Source: Candidatus Omnitrophota bacterium (GTDB taxonomy: Bacteria; Omnitrophota; Gorgyraeia; Gygaellales; Profunditerraquicolaceae). From it: 64,000 nt of DNA. The first letter of the stretch is position 1, and each line of letters begins with the position of its first letter. Below the pieces are notes generated by a model. It did not search any database and was not told the DNA's origin. It was given only the letters and a program-made list of their open reading frames with translations. A program made the position numbers and the translations under genes. Shown one piece after another: positions 45,452 through 53,972 of the stretch. Location of the stretch: contig JBHPDM010000002.1 of assembly GCA_042577285.1 (NCBI GenBank), positions 6,917-70,916 on the forward strand, given 5' to 3'.

Positions 45452-46510
45452 CTAAAACTGATTCAGAAACCTTAAGTCGTTTTCAAAAAACATCCTGATA
45501 TCGTCGATGCCGTATTTAAGCATCGCGATACGCTCAATGCCCATGCCAAAGGCAAAGCCGCTATACTTCTTAGGATCATAACCGACATTCTTAAAGACAT
45601 TGGGATGGATCATCCCGGAGCCTAATATCTCAAGCCACCCCTTACCCCCGCATACCGAACATCTGCTCTCTGCTCTGTGCTCTGTGCTCTGTACTCTCTT
45701 GCATATAATGCAAGAAATATCTACCTCTGCTGACGGCTCGGTAAAGGGAAAGAAGTGCGGCCTAAAGCGCATCTTGATATCCCGGCCAAAGACCTTCTTG
45801 GCAAATATCTCCAGGACCCCCTTTAGATCCGAAAATCTGACATCCTGATCGACCAGAAAACCCTCGACCTGATGAAACATAAATGAATGGCTGGCGTCCA
45901 CAGCATCCGGACGGTAGACCCTACCCGGCACAACTACCGCCAGAGGCGGCTTTTGCGCCTTCATCATCCGGATCTGTACGGGGGAGGTATGGCTGCGTAA
46001 TAATAATTTATTCTTGGCCTGCGGTAGGTCGACGTAGAAAGTATCAAAGACGTCTCTTGAGGGGTGGTCCAGAGGGATATTCAGCCCGGTGAAATTATTA
46101 TACTCAGTCTCTACCTCCGGCCCCTCAACGACTGAAAAACCCATCTGTTTAAAGATCGTACAGATCTCATCGATCACCTGTGTGATCGGATGAAGATGGC
46201 CCAGATCCTGGGCGATACCGGGTAATCCGATATCTACAGCAAAATCCGTAACACCCGGCTGCGCAGCGCCAAGCACTTTCTGTTTCTCCTCGATCACGGC
46301 AGAGAGCCGCTGCTTGATAGTATTGGCTTTCTGGCCGAAAGCCGCCCGCTCCTCTTTAGGCAGAGTAGGGATCAAGGCGGTCAGCTGGGCAAGGAGGCCC
46401 TTCCTGCCCAGATACTTTACCCGGAACTCCTCCAGCCTGGCCGGAGAATCAAGCTCCTTGGCCTCAAATTCTATTTCAGCTTTAAGAATCTCAATATCAA
46501 CACTGCGCAT
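45452..46510 (-). CDS. pheS: Phenylalanine--tRNA ligase alpha subunit
   Basis: Motifs HPITQV, FRPHFFPFTEPS and GFAFGMGIERI. Confidence 0.9.
   Translation of the reverse strand: MRSVDIEILKAEIEFEAKELDSPARLEEFRVKYLGRKGLLAQLTALIPTLPKEERAAFGQKANTIKQRLSAVIEEKQKVLGAAQPGVTDFAVDIGLPGIAQDLGHLHPITQVIDEICTIFKQMGFSVVEGPEVETEYNNFTGLNIPLDHPSRDVFDTFYVDLPQAKNKLLLRSHTSPVQIRMMKAQKPPLAVVVPGRVYRPDAVDASHSFMFHQVEGFLVDQDVRFSDLKGVLEIFAKKVFGRDIKMRFRPHFFPFTEPSAEVDISCIICKRVQSTEHRAESRCSVCGGKGWLEILGSGMIHPNVFKNVGYDPKKYSGFAFGMGIERIAMLKYGIDDIRMFFENDLRFLNQF
45664..45698. repeat. Tandem heptanucleotide repeat (TGCTCTC, TGCTCTG x3, TACTCTC) inside pheS
   Basis: Read directly. It encodes the linker QSTEHRAESR between the two Cys pairs CIIC and CSVC. 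Confidence 0.85.
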
Positions 46511-46965
46511 AACACTCCTAATAATATAAAGACAAACCTTCTCTTTGAAGAATTAACCTTCTCCTGCAGCAGTCTCCCCGGACTTACCTTGCGCAGCATC
46601 TTTGCATGAATATCCAGATCCCCGCCATGTTCAGGACAGGCGCGATGAAACTCGCCCCTGACCTCTACCCGGTCTCCTTTGGCTTTATAACCTCCTGCAA
46701 AACGCACGTCCTTTAATAGATGTCTGGCAACCCAGATACCGATCGAGGCCTGGCCGTCACGTACGTTCACCCAGGCGTGATCCCCGCGCTTCATTATATC
46801 CCCGATCACCTCGCCTTCATAGACTACCTCTTTACCATCGAAGGCGGCAGCATCTCCTATCAATTCGACGGAAGAGACTGATTGGGCATGGCAATTAGTA
46901 GAAACTAAAAACACAGCGCAAGAGATTATAGTCGGCAGAATCAGTAAACTCTGTACTCTCTTCAT
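46471..46965 (-). CDS. Hypothetical exported protein with a C-terminal TM anchor
   Basis: Has a signal peptide and a C-terminal FVFILLGVLCAVLIL segment. It overlaps the pheS start by 40 nt. Confidence 0.5.
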   Translation of the reverse strand: MKRVQSLLILPTIISCAVFLVSTNCHAQSVSSVELIGDAAAFDGKEVVYEGEVIGDIMKRGDHAWVNVRDGQASIGIWVARHLLKDVRFAGGYKAKGDRVEVRGEFHRACPEHGGDLDIHAKMLRKVSPGRLLQEKVNSSKRRFVFILLGVLCAVLILRFLKLK

Positions 46966-48512
46966 TACTTTCCCCTTATTGCCGCAATGAAAAATCCCAA
47001 AAGCGTGAATACCGCGATAAACTCAAGCCTCCCCGCCCACATCTGAATAATATAGGTCAGTTTTAAAACCGCCGGCATCCCGGCATTTGTGATTCCGCAG
47101 GAAAGCCCCACATTGGCAGCCGCAGAGGTGGATTCAAATAGGGCCCTTAAGAAAGGATGGCCATAGAGCATCCCCACGATCGCCCCTGCGCCGTATAGGA
47201 CAAGATATGCCAGCGTGATCAGAAGCGCAAAGCGCACCTGCTTATCCTCGAGAAACGCCTCTTTGATGTGGTGGTACCGCTGCACCACCACTGCCTTCTG
47301 GGGAAGCATGATCTTCTTGATCTCCTGCTGCAGGGCCTTAAAGATGATCCCGATGCGCAGCATCTTTATGCCGCCGGTAGTAGAACAGCTGCTGCCGCCT
47401 AATGCCATGGCGCAGATCACTCCGACCAGGGCCAGGTCCGGCCATTCCCTGGCAAACTGTGCGGCATATATGGTCATATAACCGGTGCCGGTGTGCGCCG
47501 AGATCAGCTGATAAAACCCCTTCCTAAAGAGCATCAGGGGCCCCGGGTAAAGCCCTCCCCTTTCCAGGCCGACCGCGACTATGGCAAAGATAATCATCGC
47601 GCTGATGAAGAAAGTGATCATCTCGATGTTCCTACGGATCTCTCTGCGGTTACCGGTCCAAAGATTATAGTGCAGCTTAAAGTTGATCGCTCCCAGGAAC
47701 ATAAACATCATCGTTATGATCTCGAAAGGAAAACTATGGTAATAAAGGATATTCTGCGACTGCGGGGCAAATCCGCCGGTGTCAAAGGCGGCCATAAAAA
47801 CGCAGGCTCCGTGGAAGAATGCGCGCAGCGGCTTCATCCCGTTTATGATCCCGACCCCCCCTAAGACTACTGTGCCCAGGACCAGGTATACTACGCTGAC
47901 CAGCCAGATGAAGCGCGCGGTGTGCACCACGTTAGGCAACACCCTCTCTTCCCGCGCCTCCCCGACATACATCTTCAGCGCCCCTGAGACCCCCCTGACA
48001 AAGAATGAGAGCGCGATGATCACGATTCCCTGGCCGCCGATAAACATGATAAAGTGGCGCCAGAAGTTATGCGTAAAGGAAAGATGATCCAGGTCCTGGA
48101 CTAGGACCAGACCCGTCGTGGCAAATCCGGACATAGCATCAAAGCAGGCATCAAGATATGAACCCCAGTGGCCGCTTAAATACAGGGGTATTGCGCCCAG
48201 GATCATCGCCACGATCCAGGAGAGAGCCACCACTACCATCCCCTGCATCCAGTCCAGGTCCTTATCGGTAAAACAAAGCTTAGTCAGGATCAGGCCGAAG
48301 ATAAAGGTTATCTCTACCGCGATCAGGAAATCAAAGAGCGGGTTTATCTCACCGAAGAGAAACCCGGCCCCTAATGGCACCAGCATCACCAGGCCCAGCC
48401 CCATGATAATCTTGCCCAGGTAATAACCGATCGCTCTTACGTCATCTATGGTGGGGTGAATGATCATAGCGATATCAAAAAGCAGATCAGGAATGCCGCC
48501 AGCATGATGCAC
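46965..48512 (-). CDS. trkH: TrkH/KtrB-family potassium transporter membrane subunit
   Basis: Polytopic protein with repeated TGG/TGF selectivity-like motifs (ATTGLV, FDTGGF, HTGTGY, STTGGIK). The start codon is uncertain: GTG at 48512 or ATG at 48467. Confidence 0.8.
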   Translation of the reverse strand: MHHAGGIPDLLFDIAMIIHPTIDDVRAIGYYLGKIIMGLGLVMLVPLGAGFLFGEINPLFDFLIAVEITFIFGLILTKLCFTDKDLDWMQGMVVVALSWIVAMILGAIPLYLSGHWGSYLDACFDAMSGFATTGLVLVQDLDHLSFTHNFWRHFIMFIGGQGIVIIALSFFVRGVSGALKMYVGEAREERVLPNVVHTARFIWLVSVVYLVLGTVVLGGVGIINGMKPLRAFFHGACVFMAAFDTGGFAPQSQNILYYHSFPFEIITMMFMFLGAINFKLHYNLWTGNRREIRRNIEMITFFISAMIIFAIVAVGLERGGLYPGPLMLFRKGFYQLISAHTGTGYMTIYAAQFAREWPDLALVGVICAMALGGSSCSTTGGIKMLRIGIIFKALQQEIKKIMLPQKAVVVQRYHHIKEAFLEDKQVRFALLITLAYLVLYGAGAIVGMLYGHPFLRALFESTSAAANVGLSCGITNAGMPAVLKLTYIIQMWAGRLEFIAVFTLLGFFIAAIRGK

Positions 48513-48587
48513 AAAGCGTATGCAAGCTCAGTGGCAATGCCTAAAGTTATATTTACTAATTTTGCGATCATCTCGCTCTACCTTATA

Positions 48588-49265
48588 TCAGGTCTTTCCT
48601 ACCAGCACATCCATAAGCTGCGGCTCATTGCCGATCTGGGTCAGTGCGACGATGTCATCGCCCAGCATAAGCTTGGTATCCCCCTTGGGGACGATCACCA
48701 GGTTCTTGCGCACGATCGAGACCAGGACCGAATCCGGCGGGAGCTTGATATCCTTCACCTCTTTATCGATCACCGGAGATTCTTTCGGCAGGTCGATGCG
48801 TACAATGGCCAGCTTCCCGCGCTTAAAACTCATCAGGTTGACGAAGTCAGAGAAAGATACCTCCTCTTCGATGATCTTAGCGATGATCTCCGTAGTATCG
48901 ACTGGGACATCTACACCGAGCTCTGAGAATGTGTGTTCGTTATCCGGCTCATTTACCCTGCCGACGGTACGCTGGACCTTGAACATCTCCTTACCCAGCT
49001 GGCATACGATCAGGTTATCCTCGTCTTCGCTGGTCACCGCGGCCAGGACTTCAGCGCGCTTAATACCGGCCTCCTCCAGGATGTGCGGATCGCAGCCGTC
49101 GCCGTTGATCACCAAGACCTCTAGATCCTTGGCTACCCTTTCACAGGTCTCCCTGTTTTTGTCTACTATGCAGACGGTGTGATTATCAGCCAACAGTCTC
49201 TTGGCCAAAAAATATCCTACATTACCTGCGCCTACGATTACAATATACATCTTTTGTGCCCCCAT
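48588..49265 (-). CDS. trkA: TrkA/KtrA-family regulatory subunit (RCK N+C)
   Basis: Rossmann motif IVGAGNVG. Confidence 0.8.
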   Translation of the reverse strand: MGAQKMYIVIVGAGNVGYFLAKRLLADNHTVCIVDKNRETCERVAKDLEVLVINGDGCDPHILEEAGIKRAEVLAAVTSEDEDNLIVCQLGKEMFKVQRTVGRVNEPDNEHTFSELGVDVPVDTTEIIAKIIEEEVSFSDFVNLMSFKRGKLAIVRIDLPKESPVIDKEVKDIKLPPDSVLVSIVRKNLVIVPKGDTKLMLGDDIVALTQIGNEPQLMDVLVGKT

Positions 49266-49266
49266 C

Positions 49267-49911
49267 TTATAGCCCGAACTTTTGCTTTATTTTTTTCAGG
49301 CTTGACACCTTGACTACGGCCATCATCATATCCTTTGCCTGAAGCGGAGTAGACGGCTCCGGGATGATCGCCCCCTCCAGCCTCTTGATCGCGGCGACCA
49401 TAAACTCTCCCGGCATATTGAGCTCCTGGACCATCTTGCCTACAAGGCTATTCTTCGCCTCTACCTCGATTACCCCCAACTCCTTGCTCTCGATAAGATA
49501 GCTTGAAAAGCGGCTCTCAATGATCTGGTCGCGTAATTTAGAGGCGACAAGCACCGTGCCACTGATCACGTCCAGGCCTAACGCCGAATAGATGTGTGCG
49601 CGCTGTGGATCATAAACCCGCACTACGACCTTAGGGACCTTAAAGATCTTCTTGGCTACCTGCGCCGATACGAGATTGGTATTATCGCCGTTGGTCAGCG
49701 CGCAGAAGACATTCGCCTTTTCGATCCCCACCTGCTTTAAGAGGTCCAAGTTGAAACCATTGCCCACTGAAGTAAGCCCGTTAAAGCTGTCTCCCAGCCG
49801 CTCAAAGGCGTCTGGGCTCTTATCGATCACTACGATATTGTGCCCTTCGCCGGACAAAAGTTTTGCCAGCTCCGAGCCTACCCTGCCGCAACCTACGATT
49901 ATCACATACAT
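49267..49911 (-). CDS. trkA: TrkA/KtrA-family regulatory subunit (second copy)
   Basis: Rossmann motif IVGCGRVG. Confidence 0.8.
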   Translation of the reverse strand: MYVIIVGCGRVGSELAKLLSGEGHNIVVIDKSPDAFERLGDSFNGLTSVGNGFNLDLLKQVGIEKANVFCALTNGDNTNLVSAQVAKKIFKVPKVVVRVYDPQRAHIYSALGLDVISGTVLVASKLRDQIIESRFSSYLIESKELGVIEVEAKNSLVGKMVQELNMPGEFMVAAIKRLEGAIIPEPSTPLQAKDMMMAVVKVSSLKKIKQKFGL

Positions 49912-49947
49912 CTTAGCGACACCCCTTTGTTTATCCTGGTAATGGTC

Positions 49948-50295
49948 CTACTTCTTGGTTAATTCTACTAATTTCTTAAATGCCTTACTGTCCTTGACTG
50001 CCAGGTCGGCCAGGATCTTCCTGTCCAGGGTGATCTTGCATGTTTTTAGCCCCTTCATAAATGAGCTATAGTTAGTACCGGCCTGCTTGCAGGCTGCGCT
50101 GATACGCGTGATCCAGAGCCGGCGGAAGGTCCTCTTCTTTACCCGCCTGTCCCGATAGGCATAGACGAGCGCGTGCATCAGGGCCCTGCGAGCCTGCTGA
50201 TAGTGCTTGCTCCTCTGCCCCCAATAACCCTTTGATCTCTTTAGTAGTCTTTTCTTGCGCCGCCTTGTAGCAACGCTGTGTCTTGCTTTAGCCAT
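49948..50295 (-). CDS. rplT: 50S ribosomal protein L20
   Basis: Starts MAKARHSVATRRRKKRLLKRSKGYWG. Confidence 0.95.
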   Translation of the reverse strand: MAKARHSVATRRRKKRLLKRSKGYWGQRSKHYQQARRALMHALVYAYRDRRVKKRTFRRLWITRISAACKQAGTNYSSFMKGLKTCKITLDRKILADLAVKDSKAFKKLVELTKK

Positions 50296-50488
50296 ATGGT
50301 AACATCCTCCTTAAATGTTTTTTGTATTTTTTAGTATCGATACCCTTGCGCCTGCGTAGCCTGCGCAGCCTTTTTGCGCTCTTGCTGGATAAAAGGTGGC
50401 TCTTACCTCCCGATGAACAGCGCACCTTCTTGTTTCTACTCAACTTAAACCTCTTGGCTACTCCCTTTTTTGTCTTTAATTTACCCAT
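50288..50488 (-). CDS. rpmI: 50S ribosomal protein L35
   Basis: Starts MGKLKTKKGVAKRFKLS. Confidence 0.9.
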   Translation of the reverse strand: MGKLKTKKGVAKRFKLSRNKKVRCSSGGKSHLLSSKSAKRLRRLRRRKGIDTKKYKKHLRRMLPYG

Positions 50489-50502
50489 TCTTTACACCTC
50501 GC

Positions 50503-51009
50503 TTATTTCGGGGCTATTACGAAGGACATGATCCTGCCTTCCATCGATGGCCCTCTCTCCAACTGCCCTTTATTCTGCATATCGCTGATAAATCTATCCA
50601 GGATCTTCCTGCCCAGGTCTATATGCTCCATCTGCCTGCCCCGGAAGAACAGATTTACTTTTACTTTGTCCCTTTTGCCCAGGAAAGTGACCGCCTGCTT
50701 TAATTTTGTTTGGTAGTCGTGGTCATCGATATTGGGCTTGACCCGGATCTCTTTAAGTTTGCCGTGCCTCTGATGTTTCTTGGCTTCGCGCTCCTTGCGC
50801 TCCTGGTCGTATTTGAACTTGCTGAAATCGATGATCCGGCAGACCGGGGGGCTTGCAGAAGGAGCGACCTCTACCAGGTCTAGTTCCTGCTGGACTGCGC
50901 TCTGCAAAGCTTTATCTGTCGGCATGACACCTAACTGATCTCCCTTAGGCCCGATCACGCGCACCTGGGGAACGCGGATCCTTTCGTTGATGCGGATGTA
51001 CTTTTTAAT
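50503..51009 (-). CDS. infC: Translation initiation factor IF-3 (ATT start codon)
   Basis: Extending the track ORF upstream gives IKKYIRINERIRVPQVRVIG, the conserved IF-3 N-terminus. The first codon is ATT at 51009-51007, 5 nt after GGAGGTG. Confidence 0.85.
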   Translation of the reverse strand: MKKYIRINERIRVPQVRVIGPKGDQLGVMPTDKALQSAVQQELDLVEVAPSASPPVCRIIDFSKFKYDQERKEREAKKHQRHGKLKEIRVKPNIDDHDYQTKLKQAVTFLGKRDKVKVNLFFRGRQMEHIDLGRKILDRFISDMQNKGQLERGPSMEGRIMSFVIAPK

Positions 51010-51010
51010 C

Positions 51011-52753
51011 TTAGCACCTCCTGTTTTCTACTTCCTCTTTGATCTCTTTGATAAATTCCTCCAGTCTTCTGCTACCGGTATCCCCCTTGCCCCTTTTTCT
51101 TACGGCGACTGTCTCCTCTTTACGCTCCCGCTCGCCGACGATCAGGGCGTAAGGTACCTTGGCGACTTCAGCCTGGCGGATCCTCTTCTGCAGGGTTTGG
51201 CTGCGAGCATCTATTTCGGCCCTGATCGAATTCTCTTGGAGTGTTTTCCTGACCTCCTCGGCATAGTCTTGCAAAGAATCCTTTATCGGTATGACCACTG
51301 CCTGAACCGGAGCAAGCCATGCGGGGAAGGCGCCGTTGTAATGCTCAACTAATGCTCCGATAAACCGCTCAAGGCTGCCCAGGATCACCCGGTGCACCAT
51401 GATCGGCTGCTTCTCCTTACCTGCACTATCTATATAGGTAAGTTTAAACCTCTTGGGGATGGAGAAATCACACTGGATCGTAGCGCACTGCCAGTCTCTG
51501 CCTAGCGCATCCTTTAACTTGATATCTATCTTAGGGCCGTAAAAGGCGCCTTCGCCGGCATTGACCTTATAGGAGAGGCCCTTCTCCTTTAGGGAGCCCT
51601 CCAGCGCCTCTGTAGCTCTTTGCCAATCCTCTTCGCTGCCGATAGACTTCTGCGGGCGGGTGCTCAACTCTATGCCTAGATCGCTGAAGCCGAATACCTT
51701 CATCAGATTAAAGACAAAATCAATCACCGCCTTGATCTCATCCTTGAGCTGCTCCGGCAGGCAGAAGATGTGCGCATCATCCTGGGTGAAACCCCGCACG
51801 CGCAGCAGCCCGTGCAAGACACCTGTCTTCTCGTGGCGGTAGACTGTGCCCAGCTCAAATAATCTCAAAGGCAACTCCCGGTAACTTCTGATCTTTGATT
51901 TATAGATCAGGATGTGGCCGGGGCAGTTCATCGGCTTCAATACATACTCCGCGCCGATCTTGGCGGATTTCTCAGCCGGAAGGTTAAAACTGTACATATT
52001 ATCTTTATAATATTCGTAGTGTCCGGAGGTGTGCCAGAGCTTAGAATGCATGATCTGCGGGGTGATCACCATCTGATAGCCGCGCCTTAGATGCTCTTCT
52101 TTCTCGTAATCCTCGATGATCTTGCGCAGCAGCGCTCCGCGGGGGTGGTAAAAAACTAAGCCTGCTCCTGCCTCCTCGTGGTAGATGTCAAAGAGCTCTA
52201 AAGAGGGCCCAAGCTTTCTGTGGTCACGCTTCCTGGCTTCTTCGAGGTTCTTTAAATGCGCAGCCAGCTCGTCCTGCGAATCAAAGCAGGTGCCGTAGAT
52301 CCTCTGCAGCATCGGGTTCGTCTCGATCCCGTGCCAGTAAGCGCCGGCGACCGATAAAAGCTTAAAGGCCTTGATTTCACCCGTAGATTTTAGGTGCGGG
52401 CCGCGGCAGAGATCCAAAAACTTCTTCCCGGTTTTATAAATAGAGACCTTCTCTTCGGTAAGCTGTTCGATCAATTCTACCTTGTAATCCTCTTTTAATG
52501 GCTTAAAGAGCTTAAGCGCATCTTTTTTAGAGAGCTCCTCCCGGATGAAGGATTCGTCTTTAGCGATGATCTCGCGCATCCTCTTCTCGATCTTCTGCAG
52601 ATCATCGTCGGTAAATGGTTCCTTTTTATCAAAGTCATAGTAAAACCCGTTCTCGATAGCAGGCCCGATGCCAAGCTTTACGTTCGGCCAAAGCTCCTTC
52701 ACCGCCTGGGCCATCACGTGGGAACAAGAATGTCGTAGTGTGTGTATATCCAT
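51011..52753 (-). CDS. thrS: Threonine--tRNA ligase (580 aa; lacks the N-terminal TGS domain)
   Basis: It starts at the editing-domain motif HSCSHVMAQAV. The class II core and anticodon-binding domain are present. Confidence 0.9.
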   Translation of the reverse strand: MDIHTLRHSCSHVMAQAVKELWPNVKLGIGPAIENGFYYDFDKKEPFTDDDLQKIEKRMREIIAKDESFIREELSKKDALKLFKPLKEDYKVELIEQLTEEKVSIYKTGKKFLDLCRGPHLKSTGEIKAFKLLSVAGAYWHGIETNPMLQRIYGTCFDSQDELAAHLKNLEEARKRDHRKLGPSLELFDIYHEEAGAGLVFYHPRGALLRKIIEDYEKEEHLRRGYQMVITPQIMHSKLWHTSGHYEYYKDNMYSFNLPAEKSAKIGAEYVLKPMNCPGHILIYKSKIRSYRELPLRLFELGTVYRHEKTGVLHGLLRVRGFTQDDAHIFCLPEQLKDEIKAVIDFVFNLMKVFGFSDLGIELSTRPQKSIGSEEDWQRATEALEGSLKEKGLSYKVNAGEGAFYGPKIDIKLKDALGRDWQCATIQCDFSIPKRFKLTYIDSAGKEKQPIMVHRVILGSLERFIGALVEHYNGAFPAWLAPVQAVVIPIKDSLQDYAEEVRKTLQENSIRAEIDARSQTLQKRIRQAEVAKVPYALIVGERERKEETVAVRKRGKGDTGSRRLEEFIKEIKEEVENRRC

Positions 52754-52764
52754 ATCTTTTGAAA

Positions 52765-52829
52765 TGGTCCCTCGCGATCAGCACATTACTTATAGTCGCT
52801 CGGGACTGCGCTTTTGCTTACGCAAAAGC
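52765..52829. repeat. tRNA-trailer module A: conserved minihelix plus an 8-bp hairpin abutting tRNA-Val
   Basis: TGGTCCCTCGCG-19 nt-TCGCTCGGGA, followed by GCTTTTGC-TTAC-GCAAAAGC. It shares both conserved blocks and the 19-nt spacing with 53071-53133. Confidence 0.75.
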
Positions 52830-52906
52830 TGGTGGGCCCAAGAGGACTTGAACCTCTGACCTTTTGCATGTCAAGCAAACGCTCTAACCAACTGAGCTAT
52901 GAGCCC
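52830..52906 (-). tRNA. tRNA-Val (anticodon GAC), CCA encoded
   Basis: Hand-folded cloverleaf. Anticodon loop TTGACAT. Confidence 0.9.
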
Positions 52907-52972
52907 ACATCTATTAATTTCTGCTGGGCCATGGTGCGCTATCTATTTAACCCATGAGCCCCCGCGTCTTTA

Positions 52973-53055
52973 TGGGCAAGGAGGGAGTCGAACCCTCACG
53001 ACCTTGCGGCCAAAGGATTTTAAATCCTTCGTGTATGCCATTCCACCACTTGCCC
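52973..53055 (-). tRNA. tRNA-Leu (anticodon TAA), long variable arm, no encoded CCA
   Basis: Hand-folded. Acceptor GGGCAAG/CTTGCCC, anticodon loop TTTAAAA, variable-arm hairpin GGCC-GCAA-GGTC. Confidence 0.85.
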
Positions 53056-53070
53056 GCTTATACCGGCCTT

Positions 53071-53133
53071 TGGTCCCTCGCGCCTATGCGCAGCACTGAT
53101 TTCGCTCGGGATGAATTTTGCTGCGCAAAATTC
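53071..53133. repeat. tRNA-trailer module B: conserved minihelix plus a 9-bp hairpin abutting tRNA-Cys
   Basis: TGGTCCCTCGCG-19 nt-TCGCTCGGGA, followed by GAATTTTGC-TGC-GCAAAATTC. Confidence 0.75.
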
Positions 53134-53134
53134 A

Positions 53135-53206
53135 AGGCGACGAGCGGATTCGAACCGCTGGATAGCTCTTTTGCAGAGAGCTGCCTTACCACTTGGCTAC
53201 GTCGCC
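53135..53206 (-). tRNA. tRNA-Cys (anticodon GCA), no encoded CCA
   Basis: Hand-folded. Acceptor GGCGACG/CGTCGCC, anticodon loop CTGCAAA. Confidence 0.9.
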
Positions 53207-53211
53207 GTCTA

Positions 53212-53751
53212 TCAAAGAATCTTTTTTACCGCTTTAATGATCGTATCGACTTCTGCCAGGCAGCCAATACCCAGATCGCCGCAGGCAAGCCGCCCTTTGC
53301 GCGGCTCAACAAACCTGATCCCTAGCCCCTGCAGCTTCTTGATGTTGCTCTGCACGATCTTATTGCTATACATCCCGTCATTCATCGCCGGACAGACCAA
53401 GACCGGCGCCTTTGTCGCGCAGACAACACAGCCAAGCAGGTTATCGCAAATTCCTCCGGCGATCTTTGCGATGATATTGGCTGTGGCCGGAGCGATCAGG
53501 ACCAGGCCTGCCCGTTTTGCCAGAGAGATATGCCCGATCTCCCACTCCCCTGCCTGCTTAAACATCTCGCAGAAGACCTTATTGCCGGAAAGCGCCTCAA
53601 AGACGACCGGACGGATCAACTCTTTCGCCTCCGGGGTCATCACAACGCTGACCCTAAAGCCCTCGCCTGTCAGCCTGCGTACGATCTCACAAGACTTATA
53701 AATAGCGATCCCGGCAGTTACGCCAAGGACCACCTCTTTCTTTGCGGCCAT
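53212..53751 (-). CDS. coaC: Phosphopantothenoylcysteine decarboxylase-type flavoprotein (stand-alone CoaC-like)
   Basis: Motifs VVLGVTAGIAIYK and PAMN..M. The start was trimmed to the ATG at 53751, 4 nt after the rpoZ stop. Confidence 0.7.
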   Translation of the reverse strand: MAAKKEVVLGVTAGIAIYKSCEIVRRLTGEGFRVSVVMTPEAKELIRPVVFEALSGNKVFCEMFKQAGEWEIGHISLAKRAGLVLIAPATANIIAKIAGGICDNLLGCVVCATKAPVLVCPAMNDGMYSNKIVQSNIKKLQGLGIRFVEPRKGRLACGDLGIGCLAEVDTIIKAVKKIL

Positions 53752-53755
53752 CCGC

Positions 53756-53962
53756 CTATCCTGCCTTTGCCTTCTTATATCGCAGCTTATCCTGGATGAT
53801 CTCATGCAGGGCAATGGTCGATGGTTTTATTGCCGAGCTCATATCGATCAGCTTCGGCTTGCCCTCAGAGATCTCAAGCGCCCTCTTTGAGGCCATCACC
53901 ACAAGCTTATAGATCGAATTACCGCTCTTCTCCAGAAGCTGCTCCAAAGGTACGTATAACAA
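53756..53962 (-). CDS. rpoZ: DNA-directed RNA polymerase subunit omega
   Basis: Motif SIYKLVVMASKRA. It lies in the gmk-rpoZ context. Confidence 0.85.
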   Translation of the reverse strand: MLYVPLEQLLEKSGNSIYKLVVMASKRALEISEGKPKLIDMSSAIKPSTIALHEIIQDKLRYKKAKAG

Positions 53963-53972
53963 TTCTGCTCCT

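Noticed and set aside
52754-52829. T-box or ThrRS-operator leader for thrS.
   Set aside because: There are only 76 nt between tRNA-Val and the thrS ATG. No T-box sequence or specifier architecture is visible. The same module follows tRNA-Cys, where no synthetase gene is downstream.
52907-52972. Possible tRNA pseudogene between tRNA-Leu and tRNA-Val.
   Set aside because: It shares GGGCTCAT with the tRNA-Val 5' end and forms a 9-bp hairpin, but I could not fold D, anticodon or T arms. It is reported only as a spacer hairpin.
52899-53325. Plus-strand ORFs of 66 and 123 aa across the tRNA cluster.
   Set aside because: They run through the tRNA-Leu and tRNA-Cys genes and their spacers. They are not credible coding sequence.
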